64,000 bases of DNA from Anolis carolinensis (taxonomy: Eukaryota). The position numbers and the translations under genes were made by a program. The notes below the pieces were generated by a model. That model saw nothing but the letters and a program-made list of their open reading frames with translations. It was not told the origin of the DNA and did not search any database. The stretch covers positions 187,628,107 through 187,692,106 of the forward strand of contig NC_085844.1 in assembly GCF_035594765.1 (NCBI RefSeq), written 5' to 3'. Below, one piece after another: positions 36,701 to 48,924 of the stretch (positions are counted from its first letter, which is position 1; each line of letters begins with the position of its first letter).

Positions 36701-39700
36701 CTTTGCATAATGGCCGTACCCCCTTTTCCCAAGGAAATAAAAGGGATAAAAAGTGTGGCTATTACATGGTGAATGATGGTAATTTTCTGTCTTTTTCCCC
36801 AGGCTATCATATACGTGGAGAGCTGCAGGTCCTCATGGTTTATGAGACCAACACCTGTGATGATGAATTGACTGGCAAATTTTTGAAGACTCTGCATGAA
36901 CATCTGAATAAAGTGGTGTCTGACTTCAATGCTAATATCCTTCTTGGGGACATCACTTGCTTCCCAACTTTGGATAAACCCACAGATCAATTCAACCTCC
37001 AGGTAGAGCTAAAAGGTCAGAACCAAGAAATATATGAGTTTGGAAATAATGGCACAGGAACTTAGGAGAATTTAGTTCATTAAACATGTGGGGCAGAAAT
37101 AAAATTTAGAGCAATAAAAGGGGCTGCAAAACAATGGGATTTACCAGCTAGGCTGCCTTGTGAAAACATCTGATTGTTCTTGTTTAATGGATTCCTTTCA
37201 ACTTATACAATCCAAGGACATGGGAGGAATGAGGGCAACTACTTGTTCTCTGGACTCTTGCCCATCCTGGCAAATTAAATCAGCTGGGGGGGGGGGGGGG
37301 ACTGGCAAAATGGGTGAAGGTGCTGGTGAATACCTCCTTAACCTAAGACCGAGTGCCAATTAGTTTCAAGGAGGCAGCAGTAAGACCTTTGTTAAAGAAA
37401 CCGGCACTGGATCCCACTCAACTGAATAATTATTGGCCTGTATCAACTCTCCTCTTCCTGGACAAGGTTCTAGATAAGATGGTGGCCCCTCAACTCCAAA
37501 GCTTCTTGGATGAAACCAATTTTCTGGATCGATTTCAATCTTGTTTCAGGACTGGCAATGGAACTGAGACGGCATTGGTTGCCTTGTTGGATTATCTATG
37601 AAGAGAGCTAGACTGGGGAGTGTGTCCCTATTGGTTCTCCTGAACCTCTCAGTGGCGTTTGATAACATCAACCATGGTATCCTTCTGGACCGGCTCTCCG
37701 AGATGGGTCTAGGGATCACTGTTTTACAGTGGCTCCAGTCCTTCCTGGAGGATTGGACCCAGATGGTGGTGCTGGGGGGCATCTGTTCTACTCCCTGGGT
37801 GGTGGCTTGTGGGGTGCCTCAGGGTTCAATTTTGTCCCCCATGCTGTTTAACATTTACATGAAACGGCTGGAAGAGATCATCCAGAATTTTGAAGTTCGG
37901 TGTCAAATTTATGCCGATGACACTCAACTTTATTACTCCTTTCCACCCAAGGATGCACCGGTGCCTGTCATCAGTAAAGGACTGGTTGAGGGCTAACAAG
38001 TTGAACAAGACAGAGGTACTCCTGGTCAGTCGGAAGGCAGTTCAGGGTATAGGGTTATAGCCTGTGTTGGATGGGGTTGCACTCCCCCCTGGAGACAGAG
38101 GTTTGCAGCTCGGGGGTGATCCTGGACTCATCGCTGACCCTGGAACCTCAGGTGTCAGCGGTGGCCAGGAACACCTTCGCACAGCTAAAATTTGTGCGCC
38201 TGCTATGCCTATACCTTGAGATGCCAGATCTGGCCATGGTAGTCCACACCTTAGTTACATCCCATCTGGACTACTATAACACTCTCTACATGCAGCTGCC
38301 TTTGAAGACAGCTTTGAAGCTTCAACTAGTCCAAAGATCGGCAGCCAGGTTATTAACTGGAGCGCCATACAGGGATAAAACCACTCCCCTGTTGCGGCAG
38401 TTCCATTGGCTGCCAGTCTGCTTCCAGGCTAAATGCAAAGTGCTGTTACGGTATTACCTATATAGCCCTAAAAATGTTCTTTCATGTTCTTTGACTCGTG
38501 TTTGGGCGCTGCGTTTGGTGGTCCAGACACGAGTCAAAGAACATGAAAGGCACTGCAGACTAACTCAACCAGAGAAATCAGCCATAGCAGAGCACTTGAT
38601 GAACCAACCTGGACACAGTATATTATTTGAGAACACAGAAATGCTTGACCACTCCAACAACTATCATGTCAGACTACACAGAGAGCCATTGAAATCCACA
38701 AGCATGTGGACAACTTCAACAGAAAGGAGGAAACCATGAAAATGAACAAAATCTGGCTAACAGTATTAAAAAACTCAAAAATCAGAACAGTAAATAAGAA
38801 GCAACACTCTGCAAACAGAGGAGTTCCAGACAGGGACAGCTAATGATGCTGAACAAAGGATGCCCCCAGGCAGGAAAGGCCAGGAGATGAACCTTTTCAA
38901 TGCTAATTAGGGTGATTAACTGCAACATTCACACTGGTCTACAACTGACAAAGAGTTCTTCTCTCACCCTGGACTTTCCACAGATATATATAAACCTTCC
39001 TTGCTTAGTTTCTCTATACCTCACAACCTCTGAGGATGCCTGCCATAGATGTGGGCGAAACGTCAGGAGAGAATACATGGCCATACAGTTCAGAAAACAT
39101 ACAACAACCCAATGTCATTTGTTGCATCTATAAATATAGTGAATAACGAACAGTATGGAATAAACATGTTTTTTTATATCAATATTCTGAAGTGTTGCTT
39201 AGAATTTGTACTCTGATGGGTCTGATAAAAGAATTGATCCCCTGATTGGGACAGCTTGAGGACAATAATGCATTTGTCTTTGTTTTCTAGTGTCTCCCTT
39301 CAAGGAGGGCTGGGATGAGTCCTGTGACCCCAAGGCGGATGATCTGGCAATAGAATGTTACCATACAGCTATCCATACCAATCTGCAGAAGGTGTGTCAC
39401 CAGAACTCCTCTCTGTTCTACTAGAAAATGGTTTGATACAGTTTTGTATGTACTTATTTATGCCCGTGGAGAAGCTTCTGTTAACAGTGCAAAAGTATTT
39501 TATCTAATTGATAAATCACACTAGAACCAAAATGAACGTGTTGCATTGTTTCCCATGGAAGGCTGTCTTTCAGAGCAAAGGGAGCATAAACTGCTCTCTT
39601 CTATTCTTCTCACTTGCTTTGGTACCAACACACTGTCTTCCATTGTGTGTACATCCTGAACCCTCAAATTGGCACTAGACAGCAGCTAACATAAAACACG

Positions 39701-42700
39701 GACTATTTACTGTGGGACAAGACTCAATAATTCTATGCTTATTTATCAGGTTTAACAGGTTAAGTTGAACAATGCTTCTGTACAAAGCATGCATTATGGA
39801 ATTGCTTCTATTTGTGCATTCCCTTTTATGTAACATTGACATGACAGTGTTGTTAAATCATTATCCTCCTGTGTATTCACTATGCTTCTTGTATTCCTTC
39901 TTTGGTTAAGCAGACACATGTAGCCGTGTGATCATGTAATGCATACACTATCCTGTCTGATCCTTCAGTTTTTATCTCCCTTCCCTTTCTTCTCTAACTA
40001 CTATAGGCCAAAGAAGCCCTCACAGAGTTCCTGAATGACAACAAATACTTCCCTGTGGGAGACTCACTAGCTTCCAATACTACCTTTAACAATACCTTCT
40101 TCAACTTCCTGGAGGGTGGAAAATGCCAGAACGGTTACGGACAGACACAGGAGCTAGAGACACACTGTCCCGACTGCTGTAGTGAGTGGAGCAGGTGATC
40201 TATGAGATGCTGCCTCATCCCTCCTCAGACACTGCCTTTGGTAACACAGACTGCAGTTTCTGTTTACATCCTTGGGAAACAACTCATCATGTGGTTATTT
40301 TGTTTGTTTGTTTAAAATAGTAGTAGTAGTAATAATAATAAATTTTATTTGTTACCCACCTTTCCTAATGGTTCGAGGCAGGGTACAACAGTAAAAACAT
40401 ATCAAAATATAATGCATAGATAAAACCACGCCATTATTAAAAGTATACACCAAACACAGGGAACAAAAATTAATATACCACAATAGAATACAAATTCAAA
40501 AGTCATGATACAAAGTTGACTGGGTAGGCCTGCGGGAAGACATAGGTATTTAATTCTGTTTGAAATTCTGATAGCTTGTTTAGCTTTTGGAGTTTTTCTG
40601 GCAGGTCATTCAACAGTCTAGGGATGAATCATGAAAAGCGGTCTGGGTGACCCTTGTGTTACCTTATATAAAGCATTTATTTATTGCCTCTCTATCTGCC
40701 AGAACTCCAAGGAAATGTATAGCCAAGAAGCATTATTGAAATATTAAATATAAACAGATACATATATTATTTAAATGCAAACTAAAAAAATTTCTAAGAA
40801 AACAGCAAAAAGAACCACACATGTGAGGACAGCCAGAACAATCACTCTGGTTTTGAGGAACAAAGGCCATGTGAAATAATATAGCTATAGCTGCTCAGTA
40901 GAAGCTCAGTAGGTACAACATAGAAAGTCCTGCTATTTCTATTTACCAATCTATTCCCTAGGGCTATAGGACAAGCAGCAGTCTCTGCTCACAATCTCAA
41001 ATTTCAGACAAATTCATATGGGAGGAGGCAGTTGTTTAGATACACTGATACCAAGCCGTTTAGCTCTCTGTCAATTAAAACCAATCCCTTTGTTTGAACC
41101 TGGAAGCAAATTGAAAGCCAGTGTTATTGATGCAAAGCTGGTGATACATCATCTTGAAAGTACATATCCAGCAACAGTTGTCCCCTTTTCATTGTCTTTT
41201 GTGAGTTTGTTAATGCCGTCCATGTTATAGTCCTGTATCGGATTTCATGTAGTCGGAACCAGCCCAGTCATTGAGCAGTATTGCAGCATGTATGAGTTCA
41301 CTTAATCAAATAGCTATAACTCACCACAGTATAATCCAACCCACCAAGAGCTGGAAAGGGGAATGTATTTTGTGCAGGGCCTATTTTGTAGCTGGCCAAC
41401 TTGACCCCCCCCCCCCCCCACACACACACACACACAGCTTGATGGAGGAATTAAACTGCTTTCAAAAACCCATGCATTGATCTTCTGAGTTTATCAACCT
41501 CTTTTTGCTTGTATCTGCCCATTGTGTGTGACAGTGTTGTGCCCTCCTGGGACATACAGCGAGGCCACAGTTGACAACTGTGTTCTTTGTCCATTGGGGA
41601 GCTACAGCCTGCACTATGGATCAACTGCCTGTATTCAGTGCCAGCACAACCTGCTTACTTCAGAGCCTGGTGCCAGCAGAGCTGAAGACTGCTTGAGTTT
41701 AAGAGGTATGTACTAGACTGGGACATTGTCACAAGGTGGTGGATTTTATTTCCTTAAACACCATTTGAGAACTTTTTATATGAATTCTTAGACTGACAGA
41801 TTTTGAAGGCCATACTGGACAAAATATATCATAACAAATAATAATATAATCTGGGAAGGAGACTGATAACATTTGGCCCATAGTTAGCTGGGAGGACAGA
41901 TTTCTACTTTGGGAGGGTTTTCACCCAGCACAAAGGCAAACTTTATAGAATGGATATTTCTTTAGATAGCAATAGAGATGGAAAGTGTCCCAGCACTTCT
42001 GAAACATGGCCATACAGCCCAGAAAACACACAACAGCTCTGTCCTAGCGCTACGTTTTCTCCAAACATAATCATGAGCATCCCCTTAAGCTCATGTCAGG
42101 CACCTTTTAAATTCTGGTAGTTGCTTGTTAAATGCAGATGCATTTAAAGTTTTATTTAAATTGAACCTGAGCAACTCATCATTTTTCCATTAGTGACACA
42201 AACCAGCGGAAGAGGTGAGAGCTAGTATTCTAGTGATCTCTGAGAAAGTGTGTGAGGTGTCATGGATGAATTCTATATTGTTAAGTAAAAGTCCTCAAAT
42301 CCAATCTTATGAACATGCAGTAGGTGATCACTTGTGAGAATATGTGGAATGGGGGTTTTCTGATAACAATATTTATGTATATCGCCTGGACTAGTACATA
42401 TTCCTGATTAGAATAGGTTCTTGGTTTCATTGGTTTACTTCTGGAAGCTGTGATTGATAATATGCCTAGCTAAAGCTCTTGAGTGACTTATGTTTCTTTT
42501 CACACAGTCCATTCATCACACCGGATTTCCTTACTGGTGGTAGCCTTTTCCTTACCACCACTTTTGTGCTTCTGCTTCATTGTGTTGTAAGTTCTGGGAT
42601 ATTTACTTTGCCTATCTAACCTCAGTACTCTAAAATATTGCAGAACAAATGGATTTATGTCGTGGGTCGTTGGGTAATGTTAATCCACTGAGGAGTTATT

Positions 42701-43614
42701 TGAGCATTTAAAGAGGTAGAATGATATGAACAAATTGAGCCAAAGGAATGGATCTGAACTGCAGACATGTTGGCTTGCTGATGAAACTTGGCTACCAGGT
42801 TGGTCCATTCACTCGCAGTGCTACTTGAAGAAGATCCATGTGGTGTTAGTATTCCCTACATCCTTAAACTGTCCCTGCCCACATTTTGTATAGAACAATA
42901 CAGGGAGATATGTCAGCTAAGATCTGTATGCCATGTAGTTCTAAGAGATTATCTATCACCTTCTGCAGTTTTTGCTATTGCTTTCGTCGTTACTGGCAGA
43001 AAAAAAGTCTTTTCACTGCAAAAGAAGAGATGGAACAGGAGGAAGACCTCCCAGCCCTTCTAGACACACAAGAACAAGAACATGGCAGTCCCATGCTACC
43101 TGCTAATCTGGAGTATATTGATAAGGCAGCAGCCATGTTTTCACCTTATGGCGACAAAGCAACGGTGCTTCAATCCCCTGCAATTGAAGCAGCCACATAT
43201 TCACCTCCTGGCAGCAAAGCAGACATAGTATCCCCTGCTGGAATTGAGGCAGGCACGTTATCACCTGACATCAAAGCAGCCACAGCATCACCTCCTGTAT
43301 ATGAAGCAGCTGTAGTATCACCACCTGGAAATGAAGCAGCCTTATATTCACCTTCTCGTGATGAAGCTGCTGTGGTTTCACCTTCTGCTAAAGGTAGTGC
43401 CCTTCTGACACCTAAAGTAGAAGAATCTCCTGTGATGACTCCTAGTACAGAGTATCCTTCTATCAAAGAAGAAGTTGAAACTTCGCCTCCTAGTGGGGAC
43501 GAAGAACCTCCTCAGGATAACAGCCCAGAAGGAGCTCTAGAAGGAGAAGAATCTGTTAATATGGAAAACATTGAGTTCCCACCGTCTTCACCTGCCTCTG
43601 TAGAAAGTGCATGA
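30754..43614 (+). CDS. Zona pellucida-binding protein (ZPBP/Sp38)-like type I transmembrane protein, 596 aa, 10 exons
   Basis: Exons 30754-30817, 32082-32171, 34396-34509, 36071-36208, 36803-37015, 39291-39391, 40007-40181, 41535-41705, 42508-42586, 42969-43614 (1791 nt, all AG/GT, phases consistent, no stops). Signal peptide MSWPVVGVVVWTLVLWLYNGA; Ig motifs IPC..YNW..LTIHAFSAEDSGRYVC; ZPBP-type AKEALTEFLN and KCQNGYG..HCPDCCMLCPPGTYS; TM ISLLVVAFSLPPLLCFCFIVFFCYCF-RRYWQKK. Confidence 0.85.
31083..31336. mobile_element. Palindromic hAT-type MITE with extra inverted flanks
   Basis: Inner element 31110-31301 is near-palindromic (CAGCCATGGACAAACC...GGTTTGTCCATGTCTG). Perfect 27-bp inverted arms at 31083-31109 and 31310-31336. 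Confidence 0.75.
31815..32047. mobile_element. Inverted pair of Penelope pseudo-LTR fragments
   Basis: ...GGCATCCTTAGAGGTTGTGA AG TCACAACTTCTGAGGATGCC... head-to-head copies of the sequence at 6830-6960. Confidence 0.75.
32250..32722 (+). mobile_element. CR1 LINE 3' fragment (older)
   Basis: Similar to 25880-26410, ending TCTCTTCCAACTCTATG. Confidence 0.8.
33042..34187 (-). mobile_element. Non-autonomous Helitron-like element with internal tandem repeats
   Basis: On the - strand: 5' (TCTATA)n..ATAATAAAAGTGAAA; 3' ACCCGG..CCGGGT hairpin followed by CTAG-T at 33042. Repeated GCCAAGTTTGGTCC...GGTGAACTACAACTCCC units. Confidence 0.7.
34890..35098 (+). mobile_element. SINE 3' part with an L2-type tail
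   Basis: CCCTGAGTCTCCTTCGGGGTGAGAAGGG stem-loop plus (AAAT)n. Confidence 0.65.
35815..35957 (+). mobile_element. Penelope pseudo-LTR fragment
   Basis: Matches 6826-6962; the hammerhead region is disrupted. Confidence 0.75.
37150..38472 (+). mobile_element. L2 LINE fragment, decayed
   Basis: ORFs 37160-37363, 37353-37601, 37598-37996 and 38071 onward contain RT motifs GVPQGSILSP and YADD, with frameshifts. Confidence 0.9.
38520..39115 (+). mobile_element. Penelope-like element 3' part (GIY-YIG C-terminus plus pseudo-LTR)
   Basis: QTRVKEHERHCRLTQPEKSAIAEHLMNQPGHSILFENTEMLD is a typical PLE GIY-YIG tail. Confidence 0.88.
39027..39067 (+). ncRNA. Minimal type I hammerhead ribozyme motif of the Penelope element
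   Basis: CCU-CUGAGGA-U-GCCUGC(CAUAGAU)GUGGGC-GAAA-CG-UC-AGG: intact CUGANGA/GAAA core, 6-bp stem II, palindromic ACGU minimal stem III, 3-bp stem I. Confidence 0.75.
43141..43446 (+). repeat. Coding ~30-bp (10-aa) degenerate tandem repeat with 11 S/T-P units
   Basis: S/T-P codons at 43141, 43174, 43201, 43231, 43261, 43288, 43318, 43348, 43378, 43408, 43438. Confidence 0.85.
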
Positions 43615-44959
43615 ATCCCAGTAAATTGTTGTTTTCCAAGCAAGTCTGCTCCAGTGTTCTTATAGTCTGCTCGTATACTAATCAGCTGAGGCCATTTCCA
43701 TTCTTTATTGTAAATAGAGTTTAAACATCATGTACCAGGATAGGATACATTAGTCCCACATAACTTCATTTTGTTACAGAATCCACATAAAACTATATAC
43801 AAAGTGTAGGCATTCTGCAAAATTGTTGTCTGAATAATTATACATTTCTCCAGATTTTAGCCTCTTACCATGCATGTCCCCTCACAAAGAAAACCCAAAA
43901 CAACTAGGAATGAAATGCGTCATGTAGGATTACATCTATTTGTTTTGAGAATAGGACAGATTTTAGGAATTGTGTTCATTCATTTAATGTATACTCATCC
44001 TTTTTCCTACAAGGTATCCAAGGCAGGTTTCACAATTTAAAAGAGAAGTACATTAAGATTGTTAAAAGAATAATTAAACAACAATAGTATTAAAACAGGA
44101 TAATTTAAATACATAATTAAAACATAATTAAAAGCAAGTGGGATAAAAACACATCATATCACTATCAACACTATTCCATCATATAGTTTAACTTATCAGT
44201 CATAGGTCTGCCTAAATAAGAAGATTGTAACTTGCCAGCAAAAAAAACACTATAGAAAGGAAGTTCAATGAAATCACATTGGGAGCCTCTATGAATAGTG
44301 GAGACTGCCCACTTCAGATCCACTGCCATGCACATATAGAAGGTGACAGTAGGCTAGTATAGTCTTTTCTAGGCAAGGCTCTTCCTCCTTGATTTGAAAA
44401 CACTTCCCACAAACAATCTTTATCAGAATGGCAGAGATGTTCCCCATCTTAATTTATTCTACAATCTTTTAGCAATCTGACAAATCAAGGAATTTTGAAA
44501 ACATGCACGTTACGCCTTTTTACATATATGGGATTGACTGAATTAACCCATGTCAAAGGTTTTCCATGTACTATATTATTTGCAAAACAGAATGGAGAAG
44601 CAGGGAGTTATAACTGAGATGCAGGTATTTAGGATCAACTATATGTCATATATCTCTGAATTGCCCCTTCCCACCGACTATGGTTGGTCTCCAGATCCTT
44701 ATTTAAGAACTGTCTTTTTCTTTGGGGGCGGGGGGGAATCCCTCAGTGAGGCAGGGTGCCTTTTTTGGTCTTGGGGAGGGTTATCATGACAACATGTACC
44801 TCTGTTAAAAGTGTTTTACCAATCAAGACCTTGAGAATCAACTGTCCCAATTAAATGCTCACTTATAGGAATGGTGTCTTAGGGATGCTGATGAGATTTT
44901 GAAGGATAGCCCTCTTCATGCTGCTTCAGTCTCCCTAGAGGGCCCATCTGGGTCTTCCT

Positions 44960-45430
44960 CATTTATTTATTTATTATTACAGTATTTCTACTCCGCTCTT
45001 CTCACCCAATAAGGGGACTCAGGGTGGCTTACAATATAAAATGCATATAAACAATTACAATAACATTACAATTTAAAACTTAAGTTGCATTAAAACATTC
45101 ATAAATACACATATAGATATACAATTAGGCACATTTCGAGTTCAACCAGGTCTGTCACTTACATCCTAGAACATATGTTGTAATTGATGCTGCCTCTATT
45201 GTCCAAAAGCCTGGGCCCACAGCCCAGTCGTAACTCTTTTACAGAAGGAAAGGAGAGAGGGAGCCTGCCTGATTTCACTTGGGAGGGTGTTCCATAGGCG
45301 GCGGGGGGGGGGGGGGGAGGGGCACCACTGAAAAGGCCCTGTCTCCCAAAAGCAGGGCCTCCTCTGAGGATCTTAAATTATGTGGTGGGTCATAGTAGGA
45401 GACACGTTCGGACAAGTAAGCTTGTCCTTG
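44960..45430 (-). mobile_element. L2 LINE 3' fragment
   Basis: L2 tail (TTCTCACCC..GGGGACTCAGGG) and similarity to 52530-52780. Confidence 0.7.
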
Positions 45431-48400
45431 TCAAACTTGGCACATCTCCCCCAGTCTATTCTGCCAACACTTGTCCTCTGGCAGTGCCCTGTTACTGGAG
45501 TGGCTCTGAAATGGTTTAGGCTCTGCTGACTCTGGGCAGGCTCTTGTCCATAAAATCAAAATCTCGCTAAGGATACAAGTGAAGTGTAGGCAATTGTACG
45601 TCTCTTCTGGAAAAGATGAGAAAGATAAAGGCAGGTCCCCAAATCATATCCTTGGTTATCATTGATGAACAGGACCATATTGAAGATACAGTCCATTTAG
45701 GATGTGTCTTAAATAGCACACATGTAATCATCTCTGCATCAGGTCTCACAGGATAGTCATCTAACCATCTGCCAGCTATCTTGCCTCTTGCCTGGTCCTC
45801 TGGCTCCACAACATGCCGGGTATCATTGGCATCGCAGAATAATAGTCGTGGCTCAAGATCTGCCCGCTAGCATTCTCTGTCCCATGAGAAATACCCTTGG
45901 GGTTAGTCCCAGTGTCTACTGCTCCATTATTCTGCTCAGGTAAGCAGTAAGAAAAAATGCTCCATCTCTCTTTTGAAAAGTACTCAACATTTTCCTCTTG
46001 TTTCAGTGGGTTAGAAGAAAAGTCAGCTGTGCATTCAGCTTCACAAATCAGCTGTATGTGTATGATACTTATATGAGGAAAGTTGCGTGTGTGCGTGTGT
46101 GCACATGTGCTCCTAATTCACAGTGCCTTTAAAATAATACTCTTATTGCCAGAGCATTGGCAGAGGGCAAACATTGGCTTATATTTTAGTATCACTCCAA
46201 AATGAGTGAAACTCCAGTAAAAATTGAGACATGGAGGTAAAATACACACACACACACACAAACGCATACATACATATACAAACACAGGTCTGAATGAAAA
46301 GAGGTGGAGTGCATGCTGTTTGCTAGTAAACTTGAAGACAGAATTAAACTATGTGACACCACAGATACATGCCAACAGCATGAAGAGAGGGAACCATCTA
46401 TTCTGTTCTCTTTCATTGCTGCATGCATAATCTTGCTCCCTTCACTTCCAAGGATGAGGGGAAACAGTTAATACTATTGATTATCTATACATACGCATAA
46501 AACTTAGATATGATTCTATAGCCCCCAGAATCTTTTAGCCAGCTGCTGGTAAGTCTGATTGAAATCTTAGCACAGATTGTGTTTTGCTGCTTCTCCAGGA
46601 ATACCATTGTGCTTGTCTCTGGCACAGACTTTTCTGTTTCCCCAGAGTTGACAGAGCTCCTGCACCACCATGATAAACACAGCACCCATCTGCCAGCTCT
46701 TGATAAAGAGCTCACAGAATGTCTTGCTAATGGGAAAGAGGATAACTGGATCTGAATTGAGGTTCCATTTTACACAAAATGTCTGATATTAATCTTGTCA
46801 ACAAGGGATAAGAAGGGAGATCGGTTATCTGAGTGCATTGCTGGCAGAATTTCAGGCAGCAGCAGTGTTTTCTACCACTCTTGTTCTGACCCAAACCTGG
46901 GTCCAAAATTCCCACTTTGGATAATAAGATGAGTTGACCCAGTACTCATCAGCAATATGGATACCGAGAGGTCATCATTTGATGGCAATTTAAAGACTAG
47001 ATGGTAATTTCAAATCTTAAAATCCCTTTGACCCAGCTTGTAGGACTGGTAATTTATTTTTATGGGGGGCCAGTGAAGATGTATCTTTAAAAGCAACTTG
47101 ATCAGTGGACACTAGAAGGTACTTTAAACTTCTCAAATCTGTGAAATGATTTGCCTAGAAATCAAACAGCTTAAAAGTACAAAAACAAAGAGCACTATTC
47201 TTTGACACTCTCTCACCGGCTGAGTTCCATTAGGTGCCAACTCTATTCACACCTTGTAGAAAGCTCTTGGAAAGCTTCTTGGTCTCTTCCGGTAGGAGAC
47301 AGAGCTTGGAAAACCAACATTTTTTTTTTTTTTACAGTTCCCAAAATCCCATTGCCAAGATGGCCAGTGTGGATTTGTTCCACATCCGGGGGTGGGGGAT
47401 GGGGTGTAGTTTTAAATCCAAGATAGGACTTCTACTTGCACTTGGAAATATTATTTGTTGGAAATACAACTCTCAGAATTCAGGTCCCTGGACATGCTGG
47501 CTAGTAGATTCTGGGCACTGTGGACTAAGCAATAACAGTTGCCAGTTTGCGCTGCATTTATATCCTGGATTTGAAACTGTTTCCTTCTGTTCTGTCACTG
47601 CATCTGAATCCTGTATTATCCCACCAAAACTAGGACTTCTCCTCTATCATACTCAGGGATGTGCAACAGGGTCTTTAGGTGCCACCTGTGGAAGAACAAA
47701 GCCCTGTATGATGAAGAAATATAGCAATATGATTTTCACTGGGAAGAGGCAGAGTCAAAATTTGGGAGGGGTGAAGGTGAGGCAAAGGGCTTGGGCACTG
47801 ATCACTGTAAAAGAGATTTATCTGCAGAAAATAGGTAATAACAAAAATAATTCCCATATTGTCCATTTTAATGAGAAAGTATGCCATGAACCTTTCCCCA
47901 CCCTCTCGAGGCAGATCTCTATTTTCCACATACAAAAACTACTGTGTAAACAAAATAAGAAGTAAATCTATATTGTGCAAATCAGCCTACTATGACGAGT
48001 TGAAATGTTTTGTTTAATTTGTGCCAAAAGCATTGTATATATAAACAAGTATAAAACTGATAAAATAGGGGGAACACCAGTGGCTAAATACTTTTAGACC
48101 AAAAACTGGCAACAGCGACCACATTGTAGCTTTAAACAGTTCTTCCTTTGTGATTGAGGCAGGGCATTGTGGGCAAGCATACAGATGCTGAGTTGTTTTG
48201 CTCTCAATAGACAAAATCATGCACTCAATAGACAAAAATGAAGTAGACGTGTATAAAAATAACATATTTGGTTTACTCACACTCTTCATGTATTCAGCAT
48301 ACACAGGTACAAAACTGATCAGTCCAGTTTCAGATATGTTTGAGATAATTCTCTGTGCCATCCAGCCAGGGCATCTCTCTTATAACAAAACAGCTATCAA

Positions 48401-48924
48401 CAGGTCACATGGGCGAGTGAGAGAGCATGTGGTCTGCAGCCCCTTTTATAACTTTGATGCTGAGCACTGCCCCCCCCCCCCATCAAAATAATTCAATTAA
48501 CCCCAGTGATTCCTACCGTATCACGGCAGGAAGTTCCGCAGATAGTGGTACCCTGGAGTTCGGTTGATCAGTTATGCAAACGTTCACAGAAATGGAGGAG
48601 TCCGGCAGCATCTACCAGCGATACATCTTGCAACTATCTTTTCCCCTTTAGTATTAGTTAATTATAAAGTAACCCTTCAATAAATGTGCACCACGGTGCG
48701 TTACCCTCTATATCTGATTCTATGTATCTCCTTTGATTTCTGTGCCTTTATTTTCCCCTTTCGCCTCTGGCAGCTAGCCCTGGTAACCCTGTGACCTCCA
48801 TAGCCCTTGAAGCGGGGCTTCCCTACTTCCTTCCCTCCTAATACCACTTCCTTGCACCCCTTAGCCAACCCTCGCTCCCATGAAAATACCCTGGCTTCCA
48901 TATGCTGGGTCCGACCCTCGTGGG

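Noticed and set aside
42886-42968. N-terminal part of the 242-aa ORF as an independent gene start
   Set aside because: It is intronic. The acceptor at 42968 links in phase to the TM exon of the ZPBP-like gene.
47234-47965. 243-aa ORF
   Set aside because: Non-ATG start, no recognisable motifs and no splice-consistent partners; it includes repeat-like sequence.
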